This document shows, piece after piece, positions 1 to 12,700 of a stretch of 64,000 nucleotides of DNA. Below the pieces are notes generated by a model. The model was given only the letters and a program-made list of their open reading frames with translations. It had not been told where the DNA came from and did no database searches. The DNA is from Octopus sinensis. Lineage: Eukaryota. Positions within the stretch are counted from its first letter, which is position 1; each line of letters opens with the position of its first letter. Location of the stretch: assembly GCF_006345805.1 (NCBI RefSeq), contig NC_042998.1, forward strand, positions 5,642,001-5,706,000. The letters run 5' to 3'. A program made the position numbers and the translations under genes.

Positions 1-415
1 AGTACTGATGAAATAATAACTGATTGGAAGGGAAGAACTGTGCTATGTCTTGTAGAAGACTAGCTGGTACATCATGTGTGAGTGTCTGAAGCTGTTTCTT
101 GTTTGAGATGGTCTGGTCTTTGTCTTTGTGGTCTACCTTCTGTGAGTACCTGAAGTGGACTCCATAAATGCAGAGTGTCATGTGGCTTGCCTGTTGCCCG
201 AGTTGAGCCGGTCAATAACGATATACTTCAAACTTCTGAGTCACCAAACTGGATGGCTTAACAATCATTGTCTCAACATTATTGTTGTGCTGGCAGCAAA
301 CTCACCAACATTTAACTGTAATATTTATTGCCAGCCATAATATATTTGATGCTGGCCATTTATAATGAACGATATTAAGTATTAACCAGCTGGGAGGAGA
401 GAAAAACTGCTCTGT

Positions 416-638
416 AACTCTTTACTCTTTTACTCTTTAACTTGTTTCAGTCATTTGACTGTGGCCATGCTGGATCACCGCCTTTAGTCGAGCAACTCGA
501 CCCCAGGACTTATTCTTTGTAAGCCCAGTACTTATTCTATCAGTCTCTTTTGCCGAACTGCTAAGTGACGGGGACGTAAACACACCAGCATGCTAGGGGG
601 ACAAACACAGACACACAAACACATACATATATATATAC
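416..638 (-). mobile_element. SINE family A (tRNA/CORE-like, octopus OR-type), 3' half
   Basis: Matches the tail half repeated throughout the window (tactcttttacttgtttcagtcatttgactg...aaacacaccagc). Ends at the internal TA microsatellite where a Helitron is inserted. Confidence 0.85.
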
Positions 639-639
639 A

Positions 640-1034
640 CTAGCAGTATCACCCGGCGTTGCTCGGGTTTGTAAGGGAAATAATTATATAAGCATTTTTA
701 GAGATGTAAAGTATAATAGCCATCTCAATATGGCTAACCACAAAGGGGGAGGGGTGTTACTGTAGCTTTTTACGTTCTGAGATTTAATAATAAATTTTAG
801 AGAGTTACTTCCCTTATATATGTCAAAAATGGATTAAAAATGGGAAAAATTGATGGTAAATTTTTTTTTAAATCGTAGACTCATCGTAGACGCGCGCTAA
901 TACCCAGACGGTCTCGATATGAATCACGACTATAAGATACCCGGTTTTGGTTAAACTGCACCGCAAAATGTGGGAGTAGTTAGGAATCTAAATCGTAGGA
1001 GACAGACACACAACCTCACTTTTATATATAAAGA
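640..1034 (-). mobile_element. Non-autonomous Helitron
   Basis: On the minus strand it starts A|TC at 1034 and ends CTAG|T at 640, with a cccg...cggg hairpin (651-669) close to the 3' end. A second copy lies at 34527-34924. Confidence 0.85.
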
Positions 1035-1207
1035 TTTCCTCTATTTACATAATATTGAGGTCTCTTTCTTTCTTTGTTATCTTACTGTTTTTACCAATAT
1101 ACATATATATATATAAATATATATATATATAAATATATATATAGTTACAGAGATGTACTTGCATAGCAAGTGACTTGATCTGAGATCGTGTGCTGGAACG
1201 AAAACAG

Positions 1208-1466
1208 TTGCAGCATTGAAGGTGTTTATAAGCCATTTAAGAAACACACAAAAACCGTTAGATTCACTTCAACATTTAAATTTAATTTGTCAAAATATTT
1301 TCGGCGCTTTGAGACTGCGACCTGTTAGCACGATATTTTTGTCAGTGAACAGGTGGCGGTCTCAAAGCGACGAAAATATTTTGGCAAATTAAATTTAAAT
1401 GTTGAAGTGAATGTAACGGTGTTTGTGTGTTTCTTAAATGGCTTACAAACACCTTCCACGCTGCAA
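1208..1466. repeat. Fold-back inverted repeat, probably from a Penelope-like pLTR
   Basis: Arms 1208-1326 and 1348-1466 are near-perfect reverse complements around a 21-nt spacer, and a hammerhead-like motif sits at the centre. Confidence 0.9.
1338..1388 (+). ncRNA. Minimal type-I hammerhead ribozyme-like motif with G3-C8 swapped core
   Basis: Stem I tttgtca/tggcaaa (tgacaaa in the other arm), core GTGAACA plus an extra G, stem II gt(c/g)gc-ggtctcaaa-gcgac, GAAA, palindromic stem III AATATT, U17. Folded by eye. Confidence 0.6.
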
Positions 1467-1539
1467 TATATATATACACACACATATATATATGTATGTA
1501 TGTATGTGTGTATATGTGTATGCATGTATGTGTGTGTGT

Positions 1540-1760
1540 GCGTGTCTGTGCTTGTGATTGTCCTCCACCACTGCTTGACAACGAATGTTGGTTTGTTTAC
1601 ATCCCTGTCACCTAGTGGTTTGACAAAGGAAACAGATAGAATAAGTACAATGCTTACGAAAATAAAACTGGAGTTGATTCATTAAACTACAATTCTTCAA
1701 GGCATTGCCCCAGCATGGCCACAGACCAATGGCTGGAAAAAGCAGAAGAATAAAAGAATA
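1540..1760 (+). mobile_element. Old diverged SINE family A-related 3' half
   Basis: ctgcttgacaac...ccccagcatggccacag...gaataaaaga resembles the family A tail. Confidence 0.65.
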
Positions 1761-1825
1761 CATTCTCTGCTTTGGTCTTATGTTCAAGGCATGAGAAAGC
1801 TTGAGTTTACATGAGAAGGCCTAAC

Positions 1826-2090
1826 AGACCTGGTAGAAACAGCAGCCAAATCTCCCTCAAATCACACCTTACTGTCTTATGTATGTATATATATATGAGC
1901 CAATGAGGGGGACCTCTACATGGTAGCTAGACCTGGTAAAAATAGCAGCCAAATTTCCCCCAAATCACACCTTACTGTCTTATCTATGTATATATGTATG
2001 TATGAGCCTATGAGGGAGACCCCTACATGGCAGCTAGACATGGTAGAAATAGCAGCCAAATCTCATCAAATCACACCTTACTGTCTTATC
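1826..2090 (+). repeat. Tandem repeat, about 105 bp x ~2.5, with an internal microsatellite
   Basis: agac(c/a)tggta...cagccaaat...aaatcacaccttactgtcttat starts at 1826, 1929 and 2036. Confidence 0.9.
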
Positions 2091-2205
2091 TTTCTGCTAC
2101 TTGGATATAGGTCTTATATTCGTCTAAAAAAACTTACCTGTCACACACTCACGCACACGCACACACACACACACACACACGCACCCTCACACACACACAC
2201 ACGCG

Positions 2206-2236
<31 letters not shown>

Positions 2237-2609
2237 ACACGCACGTTAGCTTACAATTTTATTTATATATTTGCGTGTGTATGTGTGGAAAGAGAAAGTG
2301 GGAGGCAGAGTGAAAGAATCACTCACTACAGTAAGTGAATTACTTTCATTTTATTCGCTGCCCACTGTGTGTGTGCGTTTGCGTGTGGTGTAAACCAGAC
2401 TAAGAAAAGCATTTGACACACACACCAGAATGTGAGTTTTCTGTAAATTTTGCTTAATTGGAGTTTAAATTTTAAAAACTGGACCTGGCATGACGCGATG
2501 CATTGTACTCTCAAAAATGCTAGGTAAATTGTAATTGAAGAAATCCTATATTGTAGATTTGTATAACTCCCAAAGGGAGGCAGATAAAATCTGCCTTTTA
2601 TAATAAGAG

Positions 2610-2782
2610 ATATATACGACAGGCTTCTTTCAGTTTCCATCTACCAAATCCACTCACAAGGCATTGGTCAGCCCGAGGCTATAGCAGAAGACACTTGCCC
2701 AAGATGCCACGCAGTGGGACTGAACCCGGAACCATGTGGTTGGTTAGCAAGCTACTTACCACACAGCCACTCCTGCGCCTAT
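2610..2782 (-). mobile_element. SINE family A, 5' half (tRNA-like head plus CORE-like segment)
   Basis: Reverse complement reads ataggcgcaggagtggctgtgtggtaag...ggttccgggttcagtcccactgcgtggcatcttgggcaagtgt. Possibly the partner of 416-638. Confidence 0.85.
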
Positions 2783-3719
2783 AGAAGTTATCTGTGAAAC
2801 ATCAAGTGGTATGTTTGAGAGCTGGTAATTTTCAGCACAGATGTCCAAAGCAATCCATGGTGTTAACGGACCGGTCAGCCGTCTGGGCACTCAACGGTCT
2901 GCATGGCAAGAGGTGAGACAGATAAATTAGTCAACACTCTGCGGTGAGTAAAGCTCCAGACTGCTTTTATATGGGACAAGAGGTTAAATTTTAGAACATT
3001 CGAGAAAGCCATATCACACCACAGCTTCATGCTGATTAGTTGATGCATGGATCAAACACATGAAGCTGTGATGGCACGATTGTGGTGCAAAACCGAGTAT
3101 CTAGTGGCTAGGGTTCAAATCCTTGCCACAAAAGCAAGAGCTAGTAAGCAAATATACAAGGGAGAAGATTACTGAGAAAAACCGTAAAATAAGTAGATGT
3201 GTGCTTCTGTTTTCTAGGTGACCTAAATAACAGTGGAGACGGTGGGGGGAGGGGCTCTACATTGAATTACATTATTAGTACCTGAGTAGAAGCTTTTTTA
3301 ATTTTCTCTCTTTCTTTTCTTTTTATTCTCTTTAAATTTATTGATATAGGCTCACAAATACTAATTACCATAATATTGTAGCAGCTATAAAAACACGAAA
3401 GGCAACAAAAACTCAATAATGTATTCTTTATATTTTAGTTGACAATAAAAAGTATCGACTATAAATATATGGAAAAGAAATGAAAAACACTTCTACGAAA
3501 TGCGAACTCGCCTATAAAAACAACGAAAGCAACATGTTCTTCTGAGAAAAGCATGTGATTTGAAGCAAGGTTGGATGAAAATAATAATGACATGCAGGAC
3601 CCCATCACGAGGTCCAAAATTTCAATTAGAATGGATTTTAACCTTATACATATATTGATCAGTGCGTCTAAAACCTATAATTTTTTATTTCCAAATAAAT
3701 TTAGCAGGAACTATTTGCA

Positions 3720-4745
3720 AAACAAGAAAATATAAACATTATTGGTTAGAGAGTGAAAGAGATGCTTAAAAAATACAAAATTGGAAAACCCTGAAATCAG
3801 ATGATGTTCAGAGATTCAGGTTCAAAATCACGCAAGTATACACAGCCATATACAACCAATTCTTATGGGTTGTGTAGAAAATGGAACACTAACATGGATG
3901 ATAGAAAAAGAAAGACAGCGCTACTATAGAAGGACAAAAGAAAGATAAGGGAAGTCGGTAATTACAGACCTAGTACTTGTTTGCCGTGAGGCGCAATGGC
4001 TCAGTGGTTAGGGCAGCGGACTCACGGTCATAGGATCGCGGTTTCGATTCCCAGACCGGGCGTTGTGAGTGTTTATTGAGCGAAAACACCTAAAAGCTCC
4101 ACGAGACTCCAGCAGGGGATGGTGGTGATCCCTGCTGTACTCTTTCCCCACAACTTTCTCTCACTCTTACTTCCTGTTTCTGTTGTACCTGTATTTCAAA
4201 GGGCCGGCCTTGTCACTCTCTGTGTCACGCTGAATATCCCCAAGAACTACGTTAAGGGTACACGTGTCTGTGGAGTGCTCAGCCACTTACACGTTAATTT
4301 CATGAGCAGGCTGTTCGATTGATTCGGATCAACCGGAACCCTCGTCGTCGAAACTGACGGAGTGCTTCCAAAACTTGTTTGCCACTACTCTGAAAGTTAT
4401 TAACGGACTTCATAGCAGTTGAAATATATAGCTTTCAGAAGAAAGAGACTCTATTGCCAAAGGAGCAAAAAGGATGTGGAAAGAAATCAATGGAACTGCT
4501 GATACTGCTCTTTATTGATGATATGAATTGAGATACAAATGAGAAAGGAGAGCATACTTGGTGGTGGATAGTTATACATTTAAGGTCAATGAGATGAAAA
4601 ACTGTTTTAAGAAAAAGATAAAGGGGTCATAGAAAGTAGAAGTAACATGCACAAATAAATCATTGGGAAATACGAAAATACACTGGGGAATATTCCAGAG
4701 AGACAACCTCTCTTCATTGCTTTTCATCTTTGTGTTAATTACTCT
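3720..4745 (+). pseudogene. Decayed R4/Dong-clade (RLE) non-LTR reverse transcriptase fragment, interrupted by a SINE
   Basis: Across frameshifts it reads NWKT..SDDVQ, GNYRPSTCLP, LPKEQKGC and GIFQRDNLSSLLF, matching R4-type RT motifs (NYRPITCL, EQKGC, GIFQGDSLSPLLF). Confidence 0.7.
3986..4372 (+). mobile_element. tRNA-derived SINE family C with 11-bp TSD
   Basis: A box tggctcagtggttag and B box ggtttcgattccc. TSD acttgtttgcc at 3975-3985 and 4373-4383. Second copy at 13186-13561. Confidence 0.9.
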
Positions 4746-4747
4746 GG

Positions 4748-5030
4748 TGAAGGCGCATGGTTTAGTGGTTAAGGCATTTGGCTCACGATTGTAAGGTCAC
4801 GAGTTCAATTCTCGGCGACGCGTTGTGCCCTTCAGCAAGACACTTTATTTCACATTGCTCCAGTCCACTCAGCTAGCAAAAATGAGTTGTACCTGTATTT
4901 CAAAGGGCCAGCCTTGTCACACTTTGTGTCACGCTGAATCTCCCTGAGATTGCTCAGTCACTTGCACGTTAATTTCACGAGCAAGCTGTTCCGTTGATCG
5001 GGACCCTCGTCGCAACTAACGGAGTGCTCT
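4748..5030 (+). mobile_element. tRNA-derived SINE with a CORE-like central domain and a family C tail
   Basis: Head tggtttagtggttaag...gagttcaattc, centre cagcaagacactttatttcacattgctccagtccactcagc, and the tail gtacctgtatttcaaagggcc... shared with 3986-4372. Confidence 0.8.
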
Positions 5031-5149
5031 CTCTCTCTCTGAAATTTGGGGGAAGAGTGCTAGTTGATTACATGACCCCCACCACCACCAGTTCTTATTT
5101 CATCAACCTCAAAAGGATGAAAAGCAAAGTTAGCATGAGACACCACTTT

Positions 5150-6022
5150 GGAAGGTTTTAGCTGAATGAATTGACCCCAGTTCTCTTTAGTTTTCTTTTC
5201 CTTTTAGCCTGGTATTTATGTTATCAGTCTCTTATGCTGAACTGCTAAGTTACAAGGATGTAAACAAACCAGCACTAATTGTCAAGCATTGGTAGAAGAC
5301 AAACACAAACACTAGCACAAAGACACACAGATATATACATACGTACGACATGCACACACACACACACACAATTCTATATAAATATAAATATGAAGAGTTT
5401 TTTCAGGTTCCATCTACCAAATCCACTCACAAGCATTGGTTGGCCCAGGGCTATAGTAAAAGACACTTACCCAAAGTGTCATGCAGGGATATTGAACCTG
5501 GAACCATGTTGTTCTTACCACACAACCATACATACATCTCTTATACTCTTTTACTCTTTTAGTTGTTTCAGTCATTTGACTGTGGCCATGCTTGAGCACC
5601 GCCTTTTTTAGTCAAGCAAATCGAACCCAGGACTTATTCTTTGTAAGCCTAGTACTTATTCTATCAGTCTCTTTTATTGAACTGCTAAGTTACAGGGACA
5701 TAAACACACCAGCATAGTTGTCAAGCGATGTTGGGGGGACAAACACAGACACACATACATACATATATATATATACATATATACGACAGGCTTCTTTCAG
5801 TTTCCGTCTACCAAATCCAATAAGAACGTAAAATATTTTTTAATTAAATAACAATATGGTCAATGAGGTAACGGTTGTACCAATCCATCAGTCTTATTTA
5901 CATAAGCTTTGGTCAGTCCGAGGCTATAGTAGAAGACACTTTCCCAAGGTGCCATGCAGTGGGACTGAACCTGGGACCATGTGGTTGGTAAGCAAGCTAC
6001 TTACCACACAGCCACTCCTACA
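5150..6022 (-). mobile_element. Two adjacent SINE family A copies (about 5150-5530 diverged; about 5545-6022)
   Basis: Family A motifs (gccatgcttgagcaccgcc, ctaccaaatcc, gtgggactgaacc) occur twice in tandem. Confidence 0.8.
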
Positions 6023-6594
6023 CCTGTTCAATTTCTTTTAACAAATTTTGCCATTTCTCATAAAATTCTTGAATTACTTATTTATTTATTAACTATTTGG
6101 ATATCCTAACACTGTTCTTTGTGATGCAAATAGTACAAAAGTAAATTTACTTTGTTTTAAATATCTGGCGGGTCATTAACGTTTGGAGTGAGAAGACCAA
6201 CATACAGAGAATTGGAATTAGTAATATTCGAGATACACAAAGGTAAACTTTTAATTTACTCTGCAAACATACTTCAACTTCACCTATACGCTGAATGTTA
6301 TGAGCAAAATTTGAATCAAGTATCCTTTTGGTTTCAACCTGATTATTCAGATGTCAAACCTAATCTTGCATGCATACACCCCTATGGCATATACATTGCT
6401 GTGTTTGGTTTAACAATTTACATGGAAAACTGGTAAGCGTAAATAATTCTATTTCCTATTCTGATATCACTTGAATTACCCTTGTTGGGTCCTCCACATT
6501 AAAGAAAAGTGTTAGGTAAAATAAAGTTGGAAGACCCCCTTCAGGAGTTCTATTAATATTCATGCTCTTCTTCACAGCTACATGTCTCTGTATA

Positions 6595-6774
6595 GAAAGA
6601 TATATATATATTTATGTGTATAATATATATCTGTGTGTGTGTTTGTGTGTGTATGTGTGCATGTGGTGTGTGTGTTGTGTGTGTGTGTGTGCATGTGTGT
6701 AGATATGGAGAGAGAGAGATAGAGATACACATGTGTATGTATAAATATATATATATATATACTATATATATATA

Positions 6775-6816
<42 letters not shown>

Positions 6817-6851
6817 ATATATATATATATACTGATCTATATATATATATA

Positions 6852-6887
<36 letters not shown>

Positions 6888-7020
6888 CATGTATATACAT
6901 ACATATATATATATATAATATATATATACATGTATATACATATATATATATATATACATACATGTATATACATACATATATATATATATAATATATATAT
7001 ATATATACATATATATATAA

Positions 7021-7063
<43 letters not shown>

Positions 7064-7179
7064 ATACATACATATATATATATATACATGTATATATACA
7101 TACATATATATATATATATACATGTATATACATACATATATATATATATATATACATATGTATATATAAATACGTGTAT

Positions 7180-7253
<74 letters not shown>

Positions 7254-7335
7254 TATACATATATACATATATATATATACATATGTATATATAAATACGT
7301 GTATATACATACATATATATATATATATACACATG
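6595..7335. repeat. (TG)n/(TA)n compound microsatellite with a higher-order unit
   Basis: Long TA runs are punctuated by a recurring catgtatatacatac. Confidence 0.95.
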
Positions 7336-7602
7336 CTTTTATTTGAATGTATGTGTATTTGTACAGCTGTGCCACCTGCAGGCAGGTAACTCAATAGGCT
7401 TTACAACTGAAATTGATGCTCTGCAAAGACAGTAGAATCGACTTCGACATTCACACTCAACCGTCTCGTTTTGGCTTTCATTGAAAATCAGTCAAGAGAC
7501 TCTGAAAAGGATCAAGACTGCGACAGTAAAATTGTGTCTCTAGTAATTAAATGGCCATATTGACGGGGTACTCAGAATCGAGCTGATGCTCTATATACAT
7601 GC

Positions 7603-7640
<38 letters not shown>

Positions 7641-8339
7641 ATACATTCATGTGTGTGTTTGTATTATACAGTGAAAATTTTTGGAAAGAAAACGGAAACC
7701 AATTCAGAAGCTAAATAGATATATATAAAAAAAAAACGAAATATAATATACAAGAATAAAAAAATAAATGACTGTAACACTGTTTGCTTTTACAATAATG
7801 AGGTTGTTGCTGAAGGCCATATTCAAAGATCTCTTTGAAGATTTTGCCATGCAGACTTATAGAACTACAGGAGTTTTTTTGCAAAACAAGAAAATCTAAT
7901 TAAAATGTATTGAAAAGGATTTTCATAAAATAACGTAATGTGGTCTTATTTATAACAAAACTGAACTAAATATATAAATATTTCTAGAAGAAATTAGGAC
8001 GCTACTTTTACAGAAGCAAACAGGAAAAAGAACATCCCACCGTTGCCCTAAAGAAATGAATAGCACTCTTGTTAGAGCCAAGAAAGAAAATATTGGAAAG
8101 TCTTCTTCATAAAGTTTCTTAGTTTCATTTTCTTGTACACTACTTTCACAATAAGGAATCATACGAGATATAAATGTAACATAATAGTAATATAGTTTAC
8201 TTATAGTGCTTGAAAGAAGGAATGGCTTTGTGATATATTATGACCTAAAAGTTTTAGTACATTCATAGATCTCTTTTAAGGAAGGTTACACCTCAGCAGA
8301 ACTGAAAACATTTGAAATTAGAAATAATTTAAAGCTGAA

Positions 8340-8590
8340 CATATAGGTGCAGGAGTGGCTGTGTGGTAAGAAGTTTGCTTCCCAACCACATAGTTCTGGG
8401 TTCAATCCCACTGAGCGACACTTTGAGCAAGTATTTTCTACTAAAGCTTTGGGCTGACCAAAGCTTTTTGAGTGGATTTGGTGAACGGAAACTGTAAGAA
8501 GCCCTTCATGTGTGTGTGTGTGTGTGTGCTTCATAACTGGTATTAGTGTGTTTAAGTCCGTGTAACGTAGCAGTTCAGCAAAAGAGATTG
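8340..8590 (+). mobile_element. SINE family A, diverged and 3'-truncated
   Basis: ataggtgcaggagtggctgtgtggtaag head, CORE-like segment and TG spacer. Confidence 0.8.
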
Positions 8591-8811
8591 ACTGGCTGCT
8601 GTCTAATGACAGAAACAAGAAAAAGATAGAAAAATATGAGACATATAAATTTTATCTTTCTTAATTAGCATTAATCATTAAGACAGTCAAATAATAGTGA
8701 TTAGTTCCTCTCTGAGAAGCAGTTAAATATAAAACTTCAGACAATTTTGAAATCTGAAGACAGAATTATAGTATCATCATCATCATCATCATGAATCCTC
8801 CTTTTCATTAT

Positions 8812-9047
8812 TTATTTCTTTATTGCCCACAGGGGGCTAAACACAGAGGGGACAAACAAGGACAGACAAAGGACTTAAGTTGATTACATCGACCCCAGTG
8901 CGTAACTGGAACTTAATTTATCGACCCCAAGAGGATGAAAGGCAAAGTCGATTTTGGCGGAATTTGAACTCAGAACAAAGTGGGCAGATGAAATACCGCT
9001 AGGCATTTCGCCCGGCATGTTAACGTTTCTGCCAGCTCATCGCCTTT
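8812..9047 (-). mobile_element. SINE family B
   Basis: Reverse complement of ggcgagctggcagaaacgttaac...gagttcaaattcc...gtcgatgtaatc...gtgggcaataaagaaata. Same family as 54090-54326. Confidence 0.85.
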
Positions 9048-9247
9048 CCATACAAGTAAGTGAATGTATCAACACATACAGCTGTGACACAACATTGAGA
9101 TAGGGGTTACAAATCTTAATCAGATGTACTATACCCCTTTGGACCATTTGGATGCTACTAAGTTGCTTATCATCATGTAGTAATTCAAAGGATTTATAAC
9201 TGATATACTAAAATGGTTACCCAATATTTTTCTTTGACAATTTCTAG

Positions 9248-9380
9248 CCCTTGCTATTGTAAACTTAATCTCATACCTATTGACACATAAAATGCCCTTC
9301 TTATGGACAAAGGAAAATGGTGGAAAATTAACTGTTGACACCTTCACCATTAGACAAGCACTTTATATTTTTGGCCAATG
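9248..9380 (+). CDS. Candidate coding exon of an unidentified host gene (xLAIVNLISYLLTHKMPFLWTKENGGKLTVDTFTIRQALYIFGQW)
   Basis: Acceptor tttttctttgacaatttctag, donor atg|gtaaat, 133 nt open in one frame, located in non-repetitive sequence. No homolog recognised. Confidence 0.35.
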
Positions 9381-9764
9381 GTAAATACTGGGCTAAATTA
9401 TTGTTTTACTGATATTTTAGACTACTTATTTTCCATGTCATATAAGAGTGCTGGTATGCTTAACCCAAGCCCAATTACAATTGTCTCCTTAATAGATATT
9501 TATTAATATGCCCACTCAGGGCCAATATCTCTTATCTTTTATCTTTTACTTGTTTCTATCATCTGACTGCGGCCATGCTCAAGCTCTACCTTGGAGAGTT
9601 TTAGTCAAAAAATTCAACCCCAGGACGATCTTTTAAAGCCTGGTACTTATTCTATTGGTCTCTTTTGCCAAACTGCTAACTTAGAAGGATGTAAACACAC
9701 CAACACCAGTTGTCAAGTGGTGGTGGTGGTGGGGGAAACGCAAACACTAAGGCACACACACACG

Positions 9765-9796
<32 letters not shown>

Positions 9797-10329
9797 ACAC
9801 GCATATATATAAAGAGGTCATGGGCCAACAGGCTTTTTGGATCTGACAATATGCCATAGAGCTAAACCCTTTATGGACGGGAAGCCTAAGGTAATCCCAT
9901 TTTTAAAATATATATATATATTTAGATAGATAGATAGATAGATAGATAGTAGATAGATAGGTAGATAGATAGATGTATATGCATATATATATATATATAG
10001 ATATATATATATATTATATATATATATATATATATAAATAAAATAATAATATATATATATATATTTAAAATTTATAAGTTTAATTTATTAATTTAAATAA
10101 TTTTTTAAAATTTTAACGTTAATTTAAATATTTTAATGGATTTTTATATTTTATATTTTATATTTTTTATATTTTTTAATTAATTTTATTTCTATGTATT
10201 GGCTTATGATTTTCACTGTTTGATTTGCCTAATAGTGGTTTTATCTCTAATTTAATATAATATATATATATATGATCTTTGACCTCTGGCCGAAATCAGA
10301 TCGCCATGTTGATTCGTTAGCTACTGCAC

Positions 10330-10512
10330 GCATTTTTTTTCTCTCCTTCTTTCTGTGTTTTTCTCTCTCTGTGTATCTTTCTGTTGAAGAGCGTAGGCTC
10401 GAAACGTTAAAGACTTGTTTTATTTATATTTCCTGAGCGCCATACTAATACAATTGTTCGTTTGTTTTCCACCTGCCTTCGTCTTTTGTTTATTTTCATA
10501 AAGCTTCCCGTT
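10330..10512 (+). mobile_element. Penelope-like pLTR fragment carrying a hammerhead-like motif
   Basis: Homologous to 21785-21955 on the minus strand. Confidence 0.65.
10376..10413 (+). ncRNA. Minimal type-I hammerhead-like motif with A6U core
   Basis: tcttt CTGTTGA a gagc-gtag-gctc GAAAC GTT aaaga: 5-bp stem I, 4-bp stem II and palindromic AACGTT stem III. Confidence 0.7.
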
Positions 10513-11708
10513 ATATATATATATATATTTATACAGGCTATATTAGAAGACACTTGCCCAAGGTGCTGTACAGTGGGAGTGAACCTGAAATCACATTTCT
10601 GAGTTTTTTAATATTTTGAAAGTTTGTATTAATATTATATTTCCCAATCATATGTAACTTACAAATTTTTGATCTATCAGAATATGAGGCTTCTGTTTCA
10701 ACAATAAGCCAGATTAACTTGTTTTACTTTCCAATTTACAGACATATTGATGTAGAGAAGCAAAATCTATTTTATGTCTAGGCTTGAAGAAGTAAGTATG
10801 TTGCTTATGGCTATTTTTAAATGTATTCTCTGTTAGCTGTATATTGCTCGTTTTAATATCATCTTTGATTTTATTTTAACTATGTACACTAGCACATTTG
10901 TGAATCATTTGCCATTTAGTAGGAAGGATATGATGTTACTTAAATTATGTTCTGAAAGTTGGCTTAAGGTGGTTTTAGTTCTATTACTTTTGCTATGTTG
11001 AGGTATTTGGAAGGTAATGCAAGGTTAACCTTTACACTATTTTTGATAAAGAGAATATAATATTTGTGGCTGGTGGAGAAATATATTTTTATCATTGACA
11101 TGAAGTATTGGGCTTGCCAAAAACAAGACACAAGTTTTAGACATAGATTAATTTATTCAATCAGTGATATAGTTTCCAGTTAGTTTTGGTTTCTTCTGCC
11201 ATCTTGTGAACAGGTCAATTACTTCCTGGTGAAAGAATATTTCATGATTTCACTAGAAATGAACTTTTCCAGGTGAATTTTGACATCCTCTTCAGAGCTG
11301 AAGATCTGTCTATTCAACGGATTCTGGAGAAATCAAAACAGGTGGAAATCTAAAGATGCAAGGTTGGATGAATGTGGAGGGTGTGGCAATACTTCCCAGC
11401 CAATCCCCTGCTTCTTCTGCCACGTCTGAAAAGGAATGTGTGGTCTGGCATTGTTGTGATGAAAGACTATGCCCTTAAAATTAGCAAGTGATGGACCCTT
11501 CTGGTGGACTATTGCATTTAATTTGTCCAGCTGGTCATAGTAAATATCCAAATTGATGGTCTTGTTTATGGGAAGAAGCTCATAAAAGCCGGCATCCTTC
11601 TAATCCAACCAAATTGAAAGCATAACCTTCTCCAAGTGATGTCCTGCTTAGAGGTGCTTGTGGTGATTCATCATGATCCCTCCATGAACCTTTGCATTTC
11701 ATATTGTT

Positions 11709-12125
11709 ATAGACGCAGGAGTGGCTGTGTGGTAAGTAGCTTGCTAACCAACCACATGGTACCGGGTTCAGTCCCACTGCATGGCACCTTGGGCAAGTGT
11801 CTTCTGCTATAGCCCCGGGCCGACCAATGCCTTGTGAGTGGATTTGGTAGACGGAAACTGAAAGAAGCCTGTCTTATATATGTATATATATATATATGTA
11901 TGTGTGTGTTTGTGTGTTTGTGTGTCTGTGTTTGTCCCCCTAGCATTGCTTGACAACCGATGCTGGTGTGTTTACGTCCCCGTCACTTAGCGGTTCGGCA
12001 AAAGAGACCAATAGAATAAGTACTGGGCTTACAAAGAATAAGTCCCGGGGTCGATTTGCTCGACTAAAGGCGGTGCTCCAGCATGGCCGCAGTCAAATGA
12101 CTGAAACAAGTAAAAGAGTAAAGAG
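11709..12125 (+). mobile_element. SINE family A, full length, nested in the mariner
   Basis: Head, CORE-like segment, TA/TG spacer and gtaaaagag tail are all present. Confidence 0.9.
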
Positions 12126-12552
12126 AGAGAGATCCACTTTCTATCAGAAATGCATAATTTTTCTTCGTGCATCTGTAACAAACTGAAGATGGTCATTCAT
12201 TGGGTCAGCTTCTCCTCATTCAACTAATGTAAGACACAAACATTGAGCTCGCTGACATAACCAAATTGATGCAGATGGTTTTCAACTCTTGATTTGGATA
12301 TTTGGAGCATATATGTATAATCATCCTGGTCATATAACAGTTGTTGGTCTTGAATAACTCCTTCCTTTGTTGCTGTTAATCTTATTTGGTTGGCCAGAGT
12401 GAGGTACAACTTAAAAGGAAAAAATTCCCAAACGAAATCTTGAAAACGACTTTTGGCATATATGTACCATAAGGGTGTTTTTCTCCATACACAGCTTGTA
12501 TCTTCCTGTAGATTTTTGCAATACGTTCTTGCTTTTTTAAAAAATATAAAAC

Positions 12553-12648
12553 ATAGTGGTTAAGAGCGCAGGCTACTAACCCCAAGATTTTGAGTTCGGT
12601 TCCAAGCAGCGACCTGAACAATAACAATAACAATAACAATAATAATAA

Positions 12649-12700
<52 letters not shown>

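Noticed and set aside
3020-3070. 12-bp hairpin cacagcttcatg/catgaagctgtg as a pre-miRNA
   Set aside because: The stem is too short and has a large asymmetric internal loop; there is no other support.
6346-6428. Candidate exon giving IHKDVKPNL, like a kinase catalytic loop
   Set aside because: The spacing does not fit HRDxKxxN, no other kinase motifs are present, and its phase does not join exon 9248.
10742-10791. 50-nt exon from the strong acceptor at 10741
   Set aside because: All three frames contain stops, so it is not retained as coding; it could still be an alternative or non-coding exon.
11709-11790. tRNA-like heads of family A, B and C SINEs as tRNA genes
   Set aside because: They lack complete cloverleafs and continue into SINE bodies repeated many times in the window.
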